Below, one piece after another: positions 61,701-64,000 of a stretch of 64,000 bases of DNA (positions are counted from its first letter, which is position 1; each line of letters opens with the position of its first letter). Location: positions 7,796 through 71,795 of the forward strand of contig WQYC01000006.1 of NCBI GenBank assembly GCA_009781425.1, read 5' to 3'. Under the pieces are notes generated by a model, which did no database searches, had not been told where the DNA came from, and saw only the letters and a list, made by a program, of their open reading frames with translations. The stretch comes from Oscillospiraceae bacterium (GTDB lineage: Bacteria > Bacillota > Clostridia > Oscillospirales > Ruminococcaceae). Position numbers and translations under genes: made by a program.

Positions 61701-63628
61701 TTATCAACATAAGGCACAAAGTCTTTAGTAAGTAAATGCGGAGCTATGCGAATGACGCCGCGCGAGCTTACGGGTTCAATCCCTAAAGGCGCAGTTCCCG
61801 TTCTTCTGTCCGCGTTAAGCGTCACGCGGTTATAATAACTGAAAAGCTCACCCTCAGTACTCCATTCGCTATAATCGTAATTGGTGACTTTTGTAACGAT
61901 TCGGAAGTTGATTTCACCATCAATACTGCCGAAGTCAATTTCTACTCTGTCGCCATTATTAGTATAAGAGGGAATTGGCGTAATCCCCTCGATTCTGACG
62001 AATTCCTGTTCAAACTCAATAAAATCGGTGACGATAACGTTATCTAATGCGGCTTTGTTTTGGTTGAGCGTGACATTCCACGTCAGCTCGCCGTTCGCGG
62101 GGTTAAAGCTGTGACCCTGCTTTGTGATTACGCTGAAGCCCATACCAAAGCCAACGCCGTGCTTTGAACGGGTGTAACCGGGTCCGATACCTCCTGTATA
62201 ATCGTAGTAAAAATCAACATCGTTTAACGCTTCGCCTATGTTTCTGTAAGACGCATTTGACACATCGACAATAGAATCATATGTAACAACAACTTGCTGG
62301 TTGACGTTACCTATTTCGATTTTCATTGTTACGGGATTGCCTTCGCTGTCGTATGTAAATACGGGTGTATGTTCATCTGTGACATCTATTCCGCCGATTG
62401 TGATTTCTACGCTTCCGACGTCGTAATAATGCTCTGCTCCGTCACCCATGGGGCGAAGTGAGTCGTTGATTATAGCATATATCGCGCGGTTATTATTGTT
62501 AGCTGTAACTGTCCAGCTGATTATCCGTTCATTGCCAAGTTGATTTTCTTCAAAAAGTGCTTTTTTGTCAAGCCAGTGCGGCTCAACAGTCACGTCGGCT
62601 TCATCAAAGCTCATAGGAATGGCGGAGGTGCTGCTCTTGCTGTGAAGCTCGGCTCTGTTAAAGAGCGATTCCTCCTCTATATCCTTGTTGCTTGTTATAT
62701 TGAAAACCTCGTCGTTCGGCTCGGATTTATATGTAATTACCGCTGTTTCCCAGCCTGTATCCCATGCGCCGTCGAAGTCGTATGTAAAGCCGTTAGCTGT
62801 TTGTGCAGCTGTTGCGCCGGGTATTTCTGTACCGTCAACGCGTACCTCAAAGCCACCCGCGAATGTATGCGCGCCTTTTGAAGCGGACATAATATCGACG
62901 ACTCTGAGAGCTTCGAGCGGGGAGGGGGAGAATTCGTTGTTTGTGATGGTTATTGTCCAGGTTGCAATGTTTTTATCGCTGTCATATACGCCGCCTTTAC
63001 GTAATCGCGGCAGGGTTTTTGAATTGAAGAGAAGATTTACGTTTTTGAAATCAATCGTAAAGCCGCCGAAATCAAGTCCGTCAAGCTTTTCGCCGCCCTT
63101 AAAAACACTGCTCAAAAGCGTCGCCGTGAAGTAATAGTTCATATAAATACTGCCTGCGAGTATGTATTCTGAAGCAGCCCAGGGTGTGAACACAAACTTA
63201 ATCGCATATCTTCCGCTTCCGCTGTTCTCGGGATATTCAACGACGCTAATATCGGCATAGTCGTCGATTGTCACTCCATAATCATTCAAAGAGTCATGAG
63301 GCGCGAGACCTTGGGGCAGGGGTAGATAATAGGGCGTTTCTCCCACCAAGTCTTCCGGGTGATTCGGAGCTCCCGGAATCATATCAAATTGAAAATGAAT
63401 AATAAAGGCTTCGTCGAGCTCAAGGGGAATACTCGCCGAGTCTGAATTAAATTCTTTTCCGTCGATTTCAAACCATATGCCATCAGAATCAACGGTGTCG
63501 ATTATATCAGGTTTTAATTCATTGATACCTGCCGAAGCGGGCGAAATCGCTTCGGGATATACAAACGCAGTTAAAATGCTGATGCATAAAAACGAAGCTA
63601 AAAGCCTTTTAAACATAGTTTTTTTCAT
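55742..63628 (-). CDS. giant cell-wall-anchored adhesin-like surface protein (2,628 aa)
   Basis: Start set at ATG 63628 after AAGGAG, giving signal peptide MKKTMFKRLLASFLCISILTAFV. Cna-A/Cna-B (SpaA-type prealbumin-fold) modules, then about 12 Ig-like ~78-aa repeats. PEPEPEPEPE linker. C-terminal NPRTS + hydrophobic helix + KKRRRK tail. Confidence 0.85.
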   Translation of the reverse strand: MKKTMFKRLLASFLCISILTAFVYPEAISPASAGINELKPDIIDTVDSDGIWFEIDGKEFNSDSASIPLELDEAFIIHFQFDMIPGAPNHPEDLVGETPYYLPLPQGLAPHDSLNDYGVTIDDYADISVVEYPENSGSGRYAIKFVFTPWAASEYILAGSIYMNYYFTATLLSSVFKGGEKLDGLDFGGFTIDFKNVNLLFNSKTLPRLRKGGVYDSDKNIATWTITITNNEFSPSPLEALRVVDIMSASKGAHTFAGGFEVRVDGTEIPGATAAQTANGFTYDFDGAWDTGWETAVITYKSEPNDEVFNITSNKDIEEESLFNRAELHSKSSTSAIPMSFDEADVTVEPHWLDKKALFEENQLGNERIISWTVTANNNNRAIYAIINDSLRPMGDGAEHYYDVGSVEITIGGIDVTDEHTPVFTYDSEGNPVTMKIEIGNVNQQVVVTYDSIVDVSNASYRNIGEALNDVDFYYDYTGGIGPGYTRSKHGVGFGMGFSVITKQGHSFNPANGELTWNVTLNQNKAALDNVIVTDFIEFEQEFVRIEGITPIPSYTNNGDRVEIDFGSIDGEINFRIVTKVTNYDYSEWSTEGELFSYYNRVTLNADRRTGTAPLGIEPVSSRGVIRIAPHLLTKDFVPYVDNTNPQNPITYAYNPSNYELTWKISVNEIGARIENAQVTDTLFPGTHFERADIDGVPLTGTLGTGTVTFDLGTIVNPSPELRVLTTPQTITVVTKISVPQAFFAYNSADTSLDKTIEIKNTATLSGDNIATFKEDAFVEVTSELLTKSAVQSSANDLEGREYITWTVPINLHKTALNLSTMGTIVDQLSPTLVLDIDNIKLHRNALEPTNPSDRLNINDGNLFRGTGLHETPTGYITYDRVKNEFTFSLANAINNTSGWTVNDTYYLVFGTFVNRSGNTTISNTVSFSGISNTPSSPGSVPTVGFNANAAGGSLGRVVITARDADTDKVLSKADFHLLDRFGNILQTATSGTNGQVTFNRIKYDTNYEIVLAGAPEGYWLTNSTLTHAGGNTPLSTPFFQMTNSPSTRVLNLDAKYIIMEGDVTIHSIVHDYVNLVNIYSTAAFNILPMINRLEGVTFTFTPANYATAAENNAAAYDVTTTASGAFPAGTLATHGTVITQKSAPTGYNINTAYNATAAASRTVSFNYNPIHTVNAEGTYRVASSGADYISTVMTANISFTKRNQFFGVSGFSGATQNAVTGANFTLKYANGFNLFNQPTRTNENGVMTFENVMYGDYLIEESGRPTGYITAATAGQFQQYNVSVTGQGETNRRNATGGAGTLPSNWVNHIEYRGAVTFDVFDRTITAQKLTATFKLLADGNEIGIVTYNGTTGVSTIISPAIHPTYGINYFNGSGLLYGNYTIVAEDDDVPAFYKGTTVAFRVQAPTTTVSVPLEYFANPFTIKGTCENAAGITVNATSNEMTITIVGRTDKGTTFEPVSYSTFASGSFNVTLPLGEYTITRTAVSDSYELTPTQAIDIFISEDGIRNEDDDLITEHTFHNVRKRYDVTIDAGANGAIAFAGSATSSAEVIHGANAPQIIVTPNSGYEIASITVNNVQRAITDENRAGHSFTLTNITADTAVVANFRIIHTVTVSAVTIPSGTGGTVSANRIVQDNASYTLTANAAANHEVTAVVITRGTAIDTAASEAALTALKSNTSYTVIAITSNVNIIVTFTRVYAISATFNTVNGGGFTGDGGSVTSAPQSVLHGGSATITATADTAFIITEVTVDGLPSPTALMVLQGGNPYQLNSITKDTAVHVTFTRKQYTVTAEVNGTGGIVSPETQTVWHGAQAGIITATPDAGMKVKEFTEASSVLTTNDTWTIPEAIVSDRTIMVEFENIAYNVEVIIKDGAAGTGGTATATPVSTIYGGASVIKAVPNAGNHISAASINGVQLNYDTPVTFTQFRAAAQSADGFSLENITEDQTIEITFGFINYEVFVEAFIGDDKTTDGGTATLSAVNANIGDVVKVTIQPNTAGFYELASITVDGVDKTAEVNGVELDVTITDDTHIKVFFRLISYDVTITSGANGTIAFANSATSPASVFHGANAPAVIITPNTSDGYEINEVTINGDDADSDELAILLAGDYIVIEDTIIHVTFKLRTYTVTAEAVTINGTSGITDDGGTALPEAQAVTHGNNATITTTTEADYEITAVTINGTANSFALIALRSANSYTLNSITADTDVIVTFTRKHNISVIVTDDTGGTASAEPAIVLNGGSSVISATADTGYYVSAVSVNGTTVEAASELTLTNITEDQTVEFTFDLIDYNIAVKSFIGSTETDDGGTTTASAATANYNEVIKITIEPNAAQFYEFVSIAVNGVDKTAEVSGFELEAIITDNTLVEAVFRKISYVITTDTIGDGTGTVTAPASAEHGADFTLEVAPDSGSKIESIAVSAGGDELDEDIISDILEAIIEHGEFVFESIAADYDIIVEFALIPAPNNTRRPGGGSGNNNDQGEDNNNQGQNQNNRPPDPLPEPEPEPEPEQPNNSGTGSNSQPQGINEHNAPAGTVFYSSQLPEGYTIVMGEDGVLYVYNSAGLRQGYIILPLDMTLEEYDIMANLIPLAPGEDINPRTSAGINIALAVTALLPVLLFKKRRRKAFIRN

Positions 63629-63737
63629 GGCAGACTCCTTATAGCATATAATTATAATTTCAAAGTATAAAGCGTAAACTATATTGTAGCACAGAGAGCG
63701 TGCCATATGTGTGCCACTTGATTCGCTCTGCAAACAC

Positions 63738-63766
63738 AAAAAAAGCGCAGTCATTTAAGACTGCGC
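63738..63766 (-). terminator. rho-independent terminator of spoVT
   Basis: GCGCAGTC-ATTTAA-GACTGCGC stem followed (minus strand) by TTTTTTT. Confidence 0.7.
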
Positions 63767-63781
63767 CTTATTTTCCGTAGC

Positions 63782-64000
63782 TTATTCTTCCATCTGCTTG
63801 CTAAAATACATTGCAGCCGCGTTGACGAGTGCGGTTTGCTCGGGTGTCGCATACTCGTGACCGTCACCCGAGAGCATCATTACTGCGCCGCTGACATCAC
63901 CCTGCGTGACAATGGGCGTGCAGGCGATTGCATATCTGTCCATGCCCTCAATCGGATTAAGCCGCTTGTCATCGTAGGATTTGTAAACGTGCGTTCTGCG
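63782..64000 (-). CDS. spoVT: stage V sporulation protein T, C-terminal (GAF-like) part; gene continues past the window end
   Basis: Not in the ORF track because it is open at the edge. Translates ...PIVTQGDVSGAVMMLSGDGHEYATPEQTALVNAAAMYFSKQMEE-stop. This parallels the B. subtilis SpoVT C-terminus (...PIVANGDPIGAVVIFSK...AAGFLARQMEQ). Confidence 0.75.
   Translation of the reverse strand, partial: RRTHVYKSYDDKRLNPIEGMDRYAIACTPIVTQGDVSGAVMMLSGDGHEYATPEQTALVNAAAMYFSKQMEE

Overview
The window is a 64-kb chromosomal segment of about 50% GC from a Gram-positive, spore-forming Firmicute, probably a Clostridia-type anaerobe. Evidence: a spoVT 3' end at the window edge, lipobox lipoproteins, CUT1 sugar importers without ATPase genes, and sigma-A-type promoters. 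All calls come from reading the ORF-track translations and the DNA by eye. No homology search was run, so every family name is a motif-based assignment.

Gene content, left to right:
- Peptide-type ABC binding lipoprotein, then orphan OadG/OadB Na+-decarboxylase membrane subunits.
- Long minus-strand, translationally coupled operon: alpha/beta hydrolase, membrane-anchored MurF-like ligase, Ddl, RluA-family synthase, archaeal-type iPGM, methyltransferase.
- Pseudo-receiver plus a 7TMR-DISM hybrid histidine kinase. Its H-box His reads Arg and its probable Hpt His reads Asn.
- DUF1576-like membrane protein, two hydrolases, a patatin-like lipase.
- tmRNA (ssrA) followed by a Phd/PIN toxin-antitoxin pair.
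- 15-kb minus-strand carbohydrate locus: GH5, a 959-aa CBM-fused binding protein, two permease pairs, a second binding protein. Embedded in it is a trio of poorly characterised proteins (NHL/TPR, Yip1-like, DUF5696-like).
- CheV and two MCPs, and an ABC-2 exporter.
- A compact divergent cluster of three 'MSMPKFP...NAEGEK' paralogs, a cupin and a signal-less Ig-like protein. This is my best candidate for an undescribed system, possibly a spore-surface module.
- CPA2 antiporter, then a thioredoxin-like lipoprotein, a CXXC mini-protein (missing from the ORF track) and a NapH-like 4Fe-4S protein.
- ABC ATPase, an 863-aa permease and a lipoprotein that share a Gly-rich motif, then an SDR.
- A 2,628-aa wall-anchored adhesin with an NPRTS sorting signal.

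Non-coding features: two copies of a 70-86-bp nested-hairpin repeat, two arrays of an ACAAT(T/G)N heptamer, a (CTT)9 microsatellite, and several consensus promoters and bidirectional terminators. I saw no CRISPR array, transposase, integrase, rRNA or tRNA.
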